Positions 1 to 12,437 of a stretch of DNA of 30,375 nucleotides are shown piece after piece. The stretch's first letter is position 1. Each line of letters opens with the position of its first letter. This DNA is from Adineta steineri (lineage: Eukaryota). The DNA is taken from assembly GCA_905250115.1 (NCBI GenBank), contig CAJNOI010000130.1, positions 171,135 to 201,509 on the forward strand. Reading direction: 5' to 3'. Both the position numbers and the translations under genes were made by a program. The notes beneath the pieces were generated by a model that did no database searches, was not told the origin of the DNA, and saw only the letters and a list, made by a program, of their open reading frames with translations.

Positions 1-7
1 ATATCGG

Positions 8-82
8 GGTAGGGTGTGGGCGTATGCTACTACTAATCACATTGATATCCAGAGCATCAGTTACCCAATCACACCCACACCC
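8..82. repeat. Telomere-like (TGTGGG) hairpin
   Basis: GGTAGGGTGTGGG ... CACACCCACACCC. Confidence 0.7.
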
Positions 83-402
83 TTAATAAATTTATTCTTA
101 TGAAACAAGATTCTCATTTCGTTTATTAAAATAAAATGTATGAGATAATTTTGTATAATTATATCAAGAATATTTATTCAAAAGCATTCATATGCACATA
201 CTTATTCATGTTATTGTTCAGCTAATCATCAATCAACTTTGAACGTAACATTGTTAGTACTGCTTCTAATTCAGTTTGTGCAAGATTACAAATACGGACA
301 GGTGTATTGAATAAATTTTACTCAAAAGCATTGATCCAAATATCAAGATAATTCTCAGATAATTTTGTATATCTGCAGATGATTATTGAATTTGTAATAT
401 AA

Positions 403-464
403 GGGTGTGAGTGCTAGTCTGACTTTTATATACTCCATACCCCCCCCCCCCCCCATCCACACCC
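403..464. repeat. Telomere-like hairpin with 15-nt C run (440-454)
   Basis: GGGTGTGAGTG ... C(15)ATCCACACCC. Confidence 0.6.
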
Positions 465-2334
465 TGGTAGTGTAAGACACAACGCCTGATATTAATATAG
501 GAAAACTTTATGCTTCCACTTTTACTTATAACATAGAACAATATTATGTTATGCTTCAAAATTGATTCAATTCAAAGACTTTAAAAGAAATTGATGGTGA
601 TAAAACTGGAGTCGGAGATGATTGAATATCACCTAGTACTGATGATGTTAGACCCTACGGATATTGTATAATGAAGAAATTGTAATAGATTATAAAATAT
701 TTCATACTGTTTTCAGTTTGATACATGTCACAATTCAAAAGACTGAAATAAAATATCTTAACTTGCAGATTTTTTGATAATAATATAAATAACTGATGCA
801 TTAAAAACTTCATTGAAATCAAATTACAAAATATTTCAAATAAATATTTAAATTAATATAATGATGAATAATATTTACAGTTAGATAATTTCTTCCAGTT
901 ATACAAGCAACTTGAATTAACAATTCTTTCTGTTGTAAGTTATTCTCGTTTAAAAGATCTTTTTTATTATTTACTTTAGATCAAGATCCAATATAATATC
1001 AGTAAGATGTTTTTTTTGTTTCAAACTGCTGTAGTAATTCAATTATGTGAATGATAAACGCCTCTGAGATATAATTATGTAAGTAGATCATATTTCTATT
1101 TCTTTGCTTGAAATTGATTTTTTTTTGTTGAAAAAAGAAGAGAAAATCGCTCTTAAGCAAAAGAAATAGTAAATTGAAAGAAGTTTATAAATCATTGCTA
1201 TCGAGTTGGTTAGTTTAAGAACATTATCAACGTATTATTTATTTCACATGACTAGTAACAGGATTTCAGTATTCAAGATAACTACAAAATAAAATTGTGT
1301 TTGATGATATTTTTGAGTATAAGTTTATGTTCATAACTAAGATATATGAAGGCATCAAATTATAACTTTCCTTCTTTATTTTTATTCGATAATGTTTCAA
1401 AAAGCTTATTTTTACTCATTAGTTTTTCGATGATGTTTTCACTTAATACAATTCATCGAAAATTACATAAATATAACAGATTGATTCAATCAATAATTTA
1501 ATCTTTTCTTTTCATTTTATTATCACCTTTTTGTAAATGTCTTTTGCTTGTAATTATACACTTAATTTTGATAAATTATAAATTTGAGTCAGTTATAAAA
1601 CTATTTCTACTACAGTTTTAGACTAAAAGTTATGGATATCAACGATTTTCATATGAAAAATGTGAAAGAAAAAAACTTATTGAGAGCTGTTCGTATGGAA
1701 CATAGTATTTGCCTAAAAGAGTTATTTATCAAGTTTCGAGTATCCCTTTTCTTTTTTTTTGTAGAACTTTGTAATGGATATGACCAGATTACTTCATACT
1801 TACTGTCAAAATATATTTTTCATTATTTGGGAGAACTAATTAAGTTCTTTGATTTTGTATCGTATGTAGACAAACAAAGAAATCTCCGATATTTAAATCA
1901 ACAGTATGTTTTCTTCTTTCAACCCCTCCATCGATCTTCATTTATCAGTATTTATATATTCTTGTTATTGTGTATCAAATTCAATGTTCAATATACTGAA
2001 AGTAACAAGAGACTGTTTTTCTAATTATTGTTGTGTTTGTAATGAATACTTATTAATTTCTTTTATTTTTTAGAAACATCTGATTTTGAAAATATCATAC
2101 ATCGCAGCGCTTGTCATGACTTCAATAAAATTATTTAAATAGGATATTTCCCGTTGGAAAAATCAGAATACTGTGATGCATGAAATATAGTTAAAACTGT
2201 TATTTAATATGTTGTTACATAAGAGAAAAATGTAAAAAGAGAGAAAGACTAATTATTAACAGCATTTATGTTTTCTTAATATTCGAGCACACTACAATAT
2301 TTTACTGCATTCATTCTCAAATCAGATTGAGACA

Positions 2335-5300
2335 ATGGTAGATTTTTACAAACGATCGTTTTGGCATTTCACATTGAAAGATATATTAATTATTATATCT
2401 TCAGTTGCTATACCCATAGCTCTTGCTATTTATACTGCAATAGGATCTGAACAACAAAAACAACAAGCTGAGAAAAAACAAAAGTTTGATTTTGAACAAT
2501 CAATAGAACTAAGACAACAAACACTTTATGATGAATTTTTAAATAATATTTATAAATTAGATAAAGATGGTTATCTCAATGACATAAGAAATCCATGGGC
2601 ATTTGCCAATGCATATTATCGTGCTGCTCATCGTCAATGGGATACAATACGGAAAGCAGATGTTTTACAATTTCTGAAAGAAAAACAATTAATTGGTAGA
2701 AATAATTGTACTAATGGATGTAGAACAACAAAATTAGATGATATAATTCGTTTGAATGAATTAAGTTTTGATAATGTACGTCTAACAAGTGAAACTGGTG
2801 TATTAAATAAGTTGAATTTACAATGCATTTCTTTTGATCAGGTATCAATGTCAAATGGGGAGTTTTTATCTGTTAATTTAAATGGTGCATCATTTGATGG
2901 AGCACGGTTAGATAACGCGAAATTTGATGGTTCATCTTTACTTTGTGTTAGTTTTAATGGTGCAGATCTAGCAGGTGCACACTTTTCAAACAGTGATTTG
3001 TCAGGAGCTGAAATAACGGAAGATCAAATAAAACAAGCATCTTTTCACAATGTAACTATGCCGAACGGAAAGAAGAGCGAAACTACGTCCTCAACGACAA
3101 CAAAAAAACCTATAACACAAACAACAATAATGATGAAAACAAAAATGTCAACAACATCATCATCATCCATAACGTCGACATCAACAACAACATCATCATC
3201 CACAACATCAACATCAGCAACATCATCATCATCATCCACAACATCAACATCAACAACATCATCATCATCAACAACATCAACATCAACAACATCATCATCA
3301 TCAACATCAACATCGACATCGACATCAACAACATCGACATCAACATCAACAGGTATGGTTTTTAAACAAGAATGATTACATAGAAACTTTTATGTATGAC
3401 TGATAGAAAAGACAACATGTTCGCAGTATATAGCAACTGGCAGCTGATCATTCACAGAAATTGTGCCCGAAATTTTAACGTTAGTTCTCTTGGAAGGTTT
3501 CGACCTGTCAGACGGAGTCTTTTCTATTTGTTCTGATCGACACTTTGTCAGAAGATTTTCTTTCGAGAGCGTGATTCACTGTTTCATCTGTGGTAAATAG
3601 ATTTTAATTTCAGTCATGAACTGATGCTGGCTGTAACTAGTTGATTACTATTGTCCATAAAAAAAGAGGTGCGATGACTATTTTTGCAACAACCTGTGAT
3701 AGAAAAAAGATTGAAACCTGAGATTTTTGCTATATGATCCAGTGTATCATGTGTCTGGAAAATGCTGATGGAAAAAATAAGAAACCTTTTCTCATAGAAA
3801 TCCTAAATACAGCTAAATAATGAATGAAATAATAAATCACCAGAGATATGTTCTTTGCTATACGTCGAAAGCAGTACATCTGAATTTATATGCCATAATC
3901 GTTGGATGTGCTGATTAGATCGTACAGATTTAGACGTTTAGATTTATATGTATAGATTCAGACGTAGAAGATGATATAAAAAAATAATCTAAGAGTATCG
4001 TACTTAAATATAGATAGAATGAAAGCAGAGTAGTTATTGTATGTTTGTGATGTGTAAACATGAAAACGTAGTAAAAAGTAAGAAGCGTCTTGTATCTGTA
4101 ACGAAACTTTCGTAGAGTACTGATAACATCAATAGTAAATCTGAGGAAGTTATAAGAGTGTTTTCATTTTTTCCATCTGTTTTTGAGAAACGATGATTCA
4201 GGTAGATGGTGTGGGTGTGGGTGAGTGTAAGTACTCTATTTAACCTATATTACACCTACACCCACACCCTTCTCTGCGCATGCATAAATGGATATAAAAA
4301 ATCGCATTATAGACGAGCAACATGTCTGTATTAGAGCATTTTTCGTAACGCGAATAAACGTTTTTGTTATAAAAAGCTAACGCGGGAACATCCCCAACTG
4401 AAGGAAAGCTTTGGAGCTCGGACTCCGTGCATTAGGTAGATCCTAGTGAGGTATGAAAAACCCCAAAAGGATAAGGGCCCATAGGCCTTCTGTCCCGAGT
4501 TATAGGCAATATACTGAAATTTTAGCCTATGGCATGGTATGTATAAATAGATCGAACGACAGTATTTCGACCTGAGATTATGCCCAGAGTGAGGTCTATA
4601 TGGCACTAGAATACCCTGAAAATTTCAGCTAAAAAGAACGTTTTGTTCTCGAGTTATTAAAGTCTCAAAAAATCACTCATATCTCACGAAAGATACTAGA
4701 TTTTCCTATTTTTTGATATTTTAATATCTCGGGAAGGAAACATTCTTTTCAGCTGAAATTTTCAGGGTATTCTAGTTACCCATAGACCTCTCTATGGGCA
4801 AAATTTCAGGTCGAAATACCGTCATTCGATCTATTTATATATACCCTATCATAGGCTAAAATTTCAGTATATCGTCTATAACTCGGGACAAAAGGCCCAT
4901 GGGCACTTATCCTTTTGAGGTTTTTCATACCTCACTGAGATCTACCTAATGCACGGAGTCCGAGCTCCAAAGCTTTCCTTCAGTTGGGGATGCTCCCTCG
5001 TAAGCTTTAAGTATTTTTAGAGTGTCTAAATCAGTTAATTTTCACTGATCTCTCTGAATTTTGTTCATTTCAGATGAAGTTGAATACTCTAGACTAGTGC
5101 AGATAAAGAAAAGTGTTATCCAATAATTTTATCTAACTTTGATTTTTAAGACCTAGTTGTTTCGCTTTTGAGCTGATGACTGATAGTTCCATTTTGAACA
5201 AGTCTCAAAATGATTTCAGTTTGTGGAGACTACGATCACATATTGATTTAACTCTAAAAGTATGATATAATTCGATCATTAAACAATCAAATTTCCAGAA

Positions 5301-5756
5301 TGACAGCATTGTTTGTTTTCTTTCATACATTTGCGAACAGTGCATTTCAGATTTACGATCAATCATAATTGGTCTTTAGCGTTGTTGCCCTTAAGATATT
5401 TATCTATTAATACTTTATTTTTAATTTTAGCTCCACCTTGCAGTACTGCTTGTTGTACTGGTGGTACTGGTCCTACTACTTGTACTGCTTGTATTGACAC
5501 TGATCATGGTAATGTTAATGCTGTTTGTCGTTATGCTAATCCTATTAGTGATGTTAGTCATGTTTCTGGTAGTTATGCTAACGGTAATGGTGATTATGGT
5601 AATTTTCTTAATAATCCTGGTCCTGGTTATTTTATTTATGATACTAATGGTCGTTATAGTGGTAATGCTAATGCTAATATTCCTTGTACTACCGATTATA
5701 CTGGTGGTGCTAATAATTATTTTTCTAGTAATGCTGATTATACTTATGGTTGTTGA
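2335..5756 (+). CDS. Gene A: pentapeptide-repeat membrane protein with Ser/Thr stalk and C-terminal 8-Cys Gly/Asn/Tyr-rich domain; join(2335..3352,5431..5756), 447 aa
   Basis: ORF 2335..3375 has an N-terminal hydrophobic segment (DILIIISSVAIPIALAIYTAIG), A(D/N)LxxAxF-type repeats (LNGASFDGARLDNAKFDG...FNGADLAGAHF..SDLSGAEI) and a Ser/Thr tract. Donor ACAG|GTATGG at 3353 and acceptor TTTTAG|CTCCACC at 5431 join in phase 1 to APPCSTACCTGGTGPTTC...TYGC*. Exon lengths 1018+326=1344 nt, a multiple of 3. Confidence 0.72.
3066..3352 (+). repeat. Degenerate ACA/TCA/TCG triplet array encoding the Ser/Thr stalk of gene A
   Basis: Directly visible (acatcaacatcgacatcgacatcaac...), translated TTTSSSTTSTSTTSSSSTSTSTSTTSTSTS. 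Confidence 0.9.
4208..4269. repeat. Telomere-like (TGTGGG) hairpin
   Basis: GGTGTGGGTGTGGGTG ... CACCTACACCCACACCC. Confidence 0.8.
4381..5000. mobile_element. 620-bp foldback/MITE-like element with about 300-bp inverted arms, flanked by TAA on both sides
   Basis: Left arm CGCGGGAACATCCCCAACTGAAGGAAAGCTTTGGAGCTCGGACTCCGTGCATTAGGTAGATC. The reverse complement of the right end is CGAGGGAGCATCCCCAACTGAAGGAAAGCTTTGGAGCTCGGACTCCGTGCATTAGGTAGATC. Pairing continues inward to about 4690. TAA at 4378-4380 and 5001-5003; paralogous empty site AAAAGC-TAA-GCTTTAAG at 15945-15947. Confidence 0.88.
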
Positions 5757-6824
5757 GACAGCGTATTGGTTGGCTTTGTTTTCTCATAAAACAACAACAA
5801 CAACAACAACACACAAAACCAATCATAAACATTTATACTGACATATTTTGAGAAAACGAACATTATTCGCATTTCATTTTTTTTTAATAATCGGTATGTG
5901 ACCAACTTTTTTTCTGTTTTTTCTTGTTCTACTAATTCCCTAGTATTTACAAGACTTTTTAAATATCAAGAAGCAACTTTTTATTTTTTAGTTAGCATCC
6001 ATTCGATTTTGCTTTTTCATTTCATTTTATATCTTTCTAGTTAGCAACTAAAACAAAAAACGTAAATTCATAAGGTAATGTATACTTAAATTAATTACAT
6101 AAGATGAACATAAGATTATCCAAAAATGATGATAAAATAAGAAATTAATAAGAATCTGCGATGCATCGACAGTGATAATTTTCTTTATCAAGCGTTGTAC
6201 AAAGTTTGTCATTAAATTATTTTTTTGCTTTTTTCATCCAAATATGATGTTAAAAATATGATAATGGAATGGTAGGATGATGCTACTAGTAAAAGAGATA
6301 AGCGGATTGTGTTCTTCTTCCATCCTATCATGTCCCTCTTGCACTTTCATGATAAATATGCTTTCTTCGTACGATTATAAAGTACTTTTTTATGTTTATA
6401 CATGATTCATAAAATAAGTCGATTCTTCAATAGATCGTCTTTTTGAGTCATTGTCATTGATAAACATTTCAGTTAAATCCTACCAGGATTATTAGACTAA
6501 AAAGTTATAAATGGAATGTTTCTGTGAGAACTCTGAAAAACTAAGACGTTTTTTTTGCACTAGTTTGAAAAAAATCAGTATATAGTTATTTAGCATTTTA
6601 ATAGAATATATTTATTTAATTAGGATCTACTTAACCACATACAGCTCTACGGAAATTGGAAATCGATAATAGTTGTATTGTTTTAATCAACCTCTTCCTA
6701 GAAGAAGTTATTTTAAATAGTGACTCGAACTCATTATTAATGTCTGAATGAAACTCAGTTTAGGATATAAAAAATATCCTGCGAGAAAGTAAATTCTGAA
6801 GCTTAATATTCAATTCATGTCGCG

Positions 6825-6918
6825 AGTGCGGGTGTGCGTAGGTGTGACTTTAGGTGTGGGTTTGGGTGTGGGTGTGGATGCTGCCTTTCATTCTCATGCA
6901 AATCCACACCCACACTCT
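6825..6918. repeat. Telomere-like hairpin at a duplication boundary
   Basis: GAGTGCGGGTGTGCGTAGGTGTG..GGTGTGGGTTTGGGTGTGGGTGTGGAT ... AATCCACACCCACACTCTTAAG. Confidence 0.8.
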
Positions 6919-7555
6919 TAAGATAGTTTATTGAATATTCAGTCTTTTTGATGCTTAAAAATTATGTTCAGGTAGTATTAATTTCGTAATAAAATAATTA
7001 GTAATTGGTAAAAAAAATTTATTATTATGTATTCACATTGTTTCAAATGTAAATAAGAAGAGATCAAAGATAAACAGTTCTTTTTTTTTCGTCAACATGG
7101 AATTTTTTTAAATTGAATATGTAAAATAATCAAAACTTAATCAAAACCAATCTAATGCATTACGCTTAATGATTGATGATCTTATTATAGGTTTATTGTC
7201 ATTTAAATTTATTCTATGAATGGTTTTAAATTTTACATGTCCGTTTTTTTTAATTGATAAGCAACAATAACCAAATGAAAAGATTTTATTTCACGAAGAG
7301 ACGTTTTCTTGTTGTAAATATTAATGTAAAAAATACGACAAAAACAAATAAAACAATAAAACACAAACATAAAAATATATATGCTTCAAATCTTTTTTAG
7401 TTCTATTTTTCAGATTTAACGTGTTCAATAGAAGAATACAATCAATCGTTCATAGATAGTACTTGATCGATTCGTTATATTTATTGAAATAATTAATTTG
7501 CAAAAAATTTAGAAGTATCCATAACTTAGTCAGAAGATGTAAAATTTTGAAATTT
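6919..7555 (+). repeat. Third, truncated copy of the noncoding 5' block found at 12497..13350 and 23168..23840
   Basis: GATAGTTTATTGAATATTCAGTCTTTTT.ATGCTTAAAAATTATGTTCAGGTAGTATTAATTTC... through AACAATCAATCGTTCATAGATAGTACTTGAT.GATTCGTTATAT; homology stops near hairpin 7556..7649. Confidence 0.82.
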
Positions 7556-7649
7556 AGGGTATGGGTATGGGTGTGGGTGTGCGTGTAGATATCGGTGAAG
7601 AAATGAAGGTGAATATGAAAGGAGTAGAACCATCATACCCACACCCACA
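7556..7649. repeat. Telomere-like hairpin at a duplication boundary
   Basis: AGGGTATGGGTATGGGTGTGGGTGTG ... CATACCCACACCCACA. Confidence 0.8.
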
Positions 7650-7756
7650 AGGAAAGAAAAAATCGATGACATAGAGAGCAATCATTGATAGTAGTTAGTG
7701 TGCGATCAATAAATCCGTGAAGATATAGATAAGAAATGAATTGTCTTTGATGTAAG

Positions 7757-9471
7757 TTATTCGCTATTATGTTTCTTGTTGAATTTTCGCAGAGCTTGAC
7801 ATAACTTTTGTTCATCTGATGAAATAGTGTATCCTTCAGCTAATAGTTGTTGAGGTGAAGTGATGAAGGCTAATGCTAATCCAGCAGACATATGCCATTC
7901 GATATGACAATGAAAAAACCAAGCACCAGGTTTATCAGCTACATATCGTATTTTTGCCCAACCGGATGCAGGTATACTGATTGTATCACGTTGAATATAA
8001 TCTCCAGCATATAAAAATTCGGCATCTGGATAATCTGATGTTGCAATAATCCAGAATTTATGACCATGTAAATGAAATGGATGTTCTCCATCATCTGTAT
8101 TGTTCAAATAGATATCAACGACGGCTTGATAGGGAACTAAATAATGACCATATCCATCACTTTGAATTGTGGGTAGTAGACTTCCAGATTCTATACGAGG
8201 TGATGGAATATTCAGATTATTAGGTTTAGTTACCATTTGATAAAGTAATGGTGCATATTCATCTGAAGTAATTCCTCGTCTTGGAGCAGGTCTCATATGC
8301 ATGTAATTAGCATCTGAACTATATGTCACATTATTCAGATAGGCATAATTAATTCCATTTGCACTAGTCTGAAATGCGATGACAAGGCTTAAATAATAGG
8401 TTGCCTTGGGAATTTCATTCGTATTCTGATAAAATGGTCGAGCAGCTAAAATATTAGTGTCAATTGGAGTAACAGTGTTTTGCAATGCTGGAGTTGTCTC
8501 ACTAGCAGAATATGATGGTATAGAATTAGTATCATTGAACGACAAAATTGCGAGATATAATGGATTAAAGAAAGTTGGATATGGATAACGTTGTTTTTCA
8601 TAAGGTGGAATATAATTGACAGTATCAACAGGATACATTGATAACATAGCTTGAAATCGTATATAAACTGCACTGGTAGATAATGTACCAGAAGCAGTAT
8701 ATTCTGAATTTAATTCACTTAAATCAATATAAAATAAAACACGTTGAGCTACGTTAATATAAAAACAATTGACAGTGTATGGTAAAGTAGCCATTTGATC
8801 TAATGCAATTATATGCAATGGTAAACCATCGATTGAGACATTGTACATTGAGAATGCAGCAGTATTTATAATTCGAAATAGAATACGTGATGACTTCGAA
8901 AGTGAAATCGATAATGCTTGGGTAAATTTTCCATTCACAACGATAGCATCGGGTGAAGGTTCATTACCATCCGTATTATTTGGATTCAAATACCATGGAA
9001 GTAATTGAGTATGAGCTTGTAGATTATACCAATCGGCTACCATTAATGTTTGTTCACTATCATATTTATCTTGATTTGGTTCATGTCGTTGACGAATTAT
9101 TATTGGACCATACAATCCATCCGTATATTGCTCTAGAAGATGTCCATGATACCAGGTTGTTCCGGCTGGTTCTGCTATAAATTTGTAAATCATTTCGTTC
9201 TTTGGAGGTATAGCACATTGAGTAATGCCAACTGCTCCATCCATATCAGGAGTATTCGTTTGATAAATTCCATGCCAATGCATCGTTGTCGGAACATCAA
9301 GTAGATTGATTACTCGAATCACTAATGTATCACCTTCATAGGCTTCAATTAATGGACCTGGAAATGAATAATTTGCCGAAATTATTGCTTTGTTCGATCT
9401 TCCATAGGGATATATTATATCAATATATAATGTTAGATGAATTTCGACACCATTAGTGGTTGTATTCATTC
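7757..9471 (-). CDS. Catalytic exon of gene E: multicopper oxidase (laccase type), intact and intronless
   Basis: About 570-aa open frame containing the full set of 10 Cu-ligand His plus the T1 Cys, with Leu at the axial position (Cys+10) of HCHIEWHMSAGL. Confidence 0.95.
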
Positions 9472-11405
9472 CTTAATAGATAATTAGCCTGCTTTTATTC
9501 TTTCAATTCGTAACTACACTATTAATTGTTAACTAACCTCTTGATGTAGAAGTTTGCGTTGTTGTTTGATGTGGACGATTGTTTCCTTCTATTTCAAAAG
9601 AATTGCTATCTGATTATAATAGATTTTTGAAAATAATTATTAGTTCGATGTATACAGAGTGATCAAAAGAAAAGAACATAATATGGCTCATTCTCAAAAC
9701 AGGGTGTGGGCGTGGGTAATTTTGGGTAGGTGAACTTTTATGATTATGTAACGACTTCACAAGCTGCTAGTGCTACGGGCAATGATAACAGTTTCTATAC
9801 ATTTGCTAGGATTAAACTCTGTCGTTCTCTACCAAAACTGAGAGATGTGATAATGCTATTAGTTGACTCAAACAGGGAAGATAAATATTACTTGAGGCTT
9901 CATATCTATTACGTGGCTTTTTATAATAATAATTGTTCACATTCGAAGGCGGTCGATATTTGTTTTCTTGTTCTTGTTCTTGTTCTTGTGATGATTCTTT
10001 TTCGTCTTCTTTTTCTTCGGATTCATATTTAGAATCTATGTTAGGTCGTGTCTCATACGGTTTGGAAATCAAGAATGAACCAGAGTTAGTGCGAACACCA
10101 CCTTTAAAACCACCTTGTTTAGAGTTGATCATTGGAATATTTGGACCGGTTACTAATAAAGTAATAAAAAGATATTGAAAAATGATTAAAAGAAAGAAAA
10201 CTAACAGGATTGTCGTTGAAAAAAACGCTTCATATGAATAGGATTAACCGGTGGACCACCACTGCGATCTAAACTCGCATCTCCGGAAGCGATGAGCTCA
10301 GCAATCGAGTATGAATTGCCATAGGTATTAATCAATGGAGGTATAATATAGACTAAAACGATAACTCATTATTAATGATGTTGCATAAAATTAGTATTCA
10401 TGCACTACCTTCTGTTTTTGAATAAATAATTGTTTGTTTTGTTGATCGATCGGCAACGATTGGAGTCCCGGGCATGAACGAAACAAAAGGACCCTTCAAA
10501 GCTTAAAAGAAATATATGATCAAATTGAATGAGGGGAAAAAAATAATATAGTATACGCATTTCACGACGACTATATCGAGCAACAGGAAAACGAAGTCGT
10601 TGATACGATCGTCTACCACTACCACGACGATTGTTTGAACGAATATAAGTATTCATATGACCAATACTTTTAGATGAACTAGATCTCTATAATTGAGTGA
10701 ACATCTATATAGTTGACTTGAAACAACAATTACAATACTCACAACTCGGTGAACATATGATCGTAGTTGAGGAAGTCGTTCACTTCTGTTTTCAACATTA
10801 TCATCTTCATCCAATTGTTCGAGTTGTTGTGATATTTTCATTTCTGACATTTTATTGTCCATCGCTATCTTCTCTCCACTTTTCCAATCATGCACCATCT
10901 TTGTTTCACCTATTGAAATATATCATACAATCATATAGTAGTATCTAGCATACATTTATAGCGTATTCTATAATTATCTCGGTATGAAAGTCCTCAAAGA
11001 CTTTTAATATATTCTTCATTTTTTCAAAGATTTGTGATACAAAAAGTTTTAAAAACTCCTAGAGGACGCGCCCGCTGACATCTATACTTTAAGAATTTGA
11101 TCCGTTTTACCTTGTTCTTTTTCGATATTGGCATCACTGGCTTGTGCTGTCCGATAATAGTTCAAAGCTATAATGCCACCACTAACAATGAAGAGAAGCA
11201 ATAAGCCTGCATACACAATTTTGATTTTTGTTTTAGAAACGCCATGTGTCCTTGGAGAACTAGAATTCATATTAAAAAAATATATACTTTTTTGATTAAT
11301 TGAATTCTCAAATGCTTACGTTGTCTTGAATCGATGTTGGTGCTCACTCGTCACCATATGTTGTAATTCGAATTCATCTCTGTGGTATTTATCACCCACA
11401 GACAT
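7757..11405 (-). CDS. Gene E: TM-anchored laccase-like multicopper oxidase, 9 exons: complement(join(7757..9471,9538..9609,9913..10152,10206..10352,10409..10501,10557..10686,10743..10909,11111..11259,11320..11405)), 932 aa
   Basis: Catalytic exon carries all four copper motifs: TMHWHGIYQ, TTWYHGH, HPFHLHGHKFWI, WFFHCHIEWHMSAGLALAF. Upstream minus-strand exons join in frame through GT..AG introns; lengths 86+149+167+130+93+147+240+72+1715=2799 nt=933 codons. TM segment: KTKIKIVYAGLLLLFIVSGGIIALNYY. The catalytic exon is very secure; the full upstream chain is moderately supported. Confidence 0.65.
9702..9732. repeat. Single-armed telomere-like patch inside a gene E intron
   Basis: GGGTGTGGGCGTGGGTAATTTTGGGTAGGTG; no complementary arm nearby. 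Confidence 0.5.
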
Positions 11406-12437
11406 CTTAGATTCTAATATATTGATTAGTTGTTCTATTGAATATAGTAAGCGATCTAAAAGAGATTTTAAAGGAAGGAATAATGGATTTCACAGCTTCA
11501 GAAGATTATAAATGACTTTAACATTAGTGACTCAGAGAGGCTTTGAAGATCATGAACTAATGACGGATTTTAATACTCGTATTTACATCATAATCAGGAC
11601 TTATTGAGACTAGAGGAACCTCAAAAGTGAGTTAATGGAGAATTTAATTATGCAGCAAATTCCCCATTCACTCATTTCTAAACTACTGATCTATTAACTT
11701 AGTATTTAAATCATCTAAAATAAATGCAGTAAAACATCAAAATAATAACAATTTGAAAACAAACCGTAAACATTCAAAAAGTAACACTATTTTCATCACA
11801 TGCAAAAAGATATGAATACATCTGTATATTTCGCTCTATATATATTATTATAATATTAGTATATGATAACAAGGTAAAGAAGTCATAAGACATGTTTCTT
11901 TCATCAATATTATTATTTTGTTGTATTACCTTTTTATGACAAACACTTCACACGTATTTGAAGATAAAAAAAAGTATATACAAGCAGTTTTACATTTATA
12001 TATTGCCGATGAAAACAACTTCACTATCACCACGTCACAAGATAGTTTGAAATTTTATTTTTTTTTATAATTTACTTTAGTTTCTATCAAATAATTATAA
12101 CAGATAACTTAATTTGAGACTAATAATTGACTAAAGTATAAAATAAAGAACAACAAAGAAGATGATTATGTTTTAATTCAAGATAATTAATAATTCCTTT
12201 TTAAAATCAATACTAATTTTTACAAAGAAGCACAATAACATATTTCACTTATAATAAATTTCATTTTATAGACTAAAAATAATTTATTTTGAAAGTTTCA
12301 GAATATTTATTTATATTCGATAAGAGATAAATATCTGTCCTAGTTCACAAGGTATTTTTTCTTTCAATTATATGTCTCTCAAAATATATACAAATATATA
12401 AGAAACAAATACAATTAGACAACCCATGTAAAAACCA

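Larger units (their letters stand above)
3353..6820 (+). repeat. Segmental duplication, copy A (paralogue 15071..17755)
   Basis: Colinear near-identity starting at GTATGGTTTTTAAACAA and continuing through the 8-Cys exon to GCGAGAAAGTAA..AAGCTTAATATTCAATT, with an unmatched internal block (about 3931-4280 versus 15638-15915) and the extra MITE in copy A. Confidence 0.85.

Noticed and set aside
440-454. 15-nt C run as a telomere end or assembly gap
   Set aside because: Sits inside a small hairpin with ordinary sequence either side; length may be imprecise but there is no evidence of a chromosome end.
1632-2024. 130-aa plus-strand ORF MDINDFHMKNVKEKN...
   Set aside because: Phe/Tyr/Ile-rich, AT-driven composition and no recognised motif; possibly chance. 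Not called without transcript evidence.
3045-3349. Minus-strand ORFs MDDDDDVADVDV..., MMLMSMLLMSMSM...; likewise 14873..15067 and 25396..25635 (-)
   Set aside because: Antisense translations of the triplet stalk arrays.
4367-4606. 79-aa minus-strand ORF MPYRPHSGHNLRSKYCRS...
   Set aside because: Lies in the inverted arm of the foldback element; no domain signature.
5461-5841. ORF MVLVLLLVLLVLTLIMVMLMLF... (+), and its counterpart 16405..16773
   Set aside because: Shadow frame created by the NNT-codon bias of the overlapping 8-Cys exon; hydrophobic low complexity only.
10405-10898. ORFs 10405..10656 (-) and 10653..10898 (-) as stand-alone genes
   Set aside because: Better explained as parts of gene E exons 3-5 read through introns; spliced phases agree.
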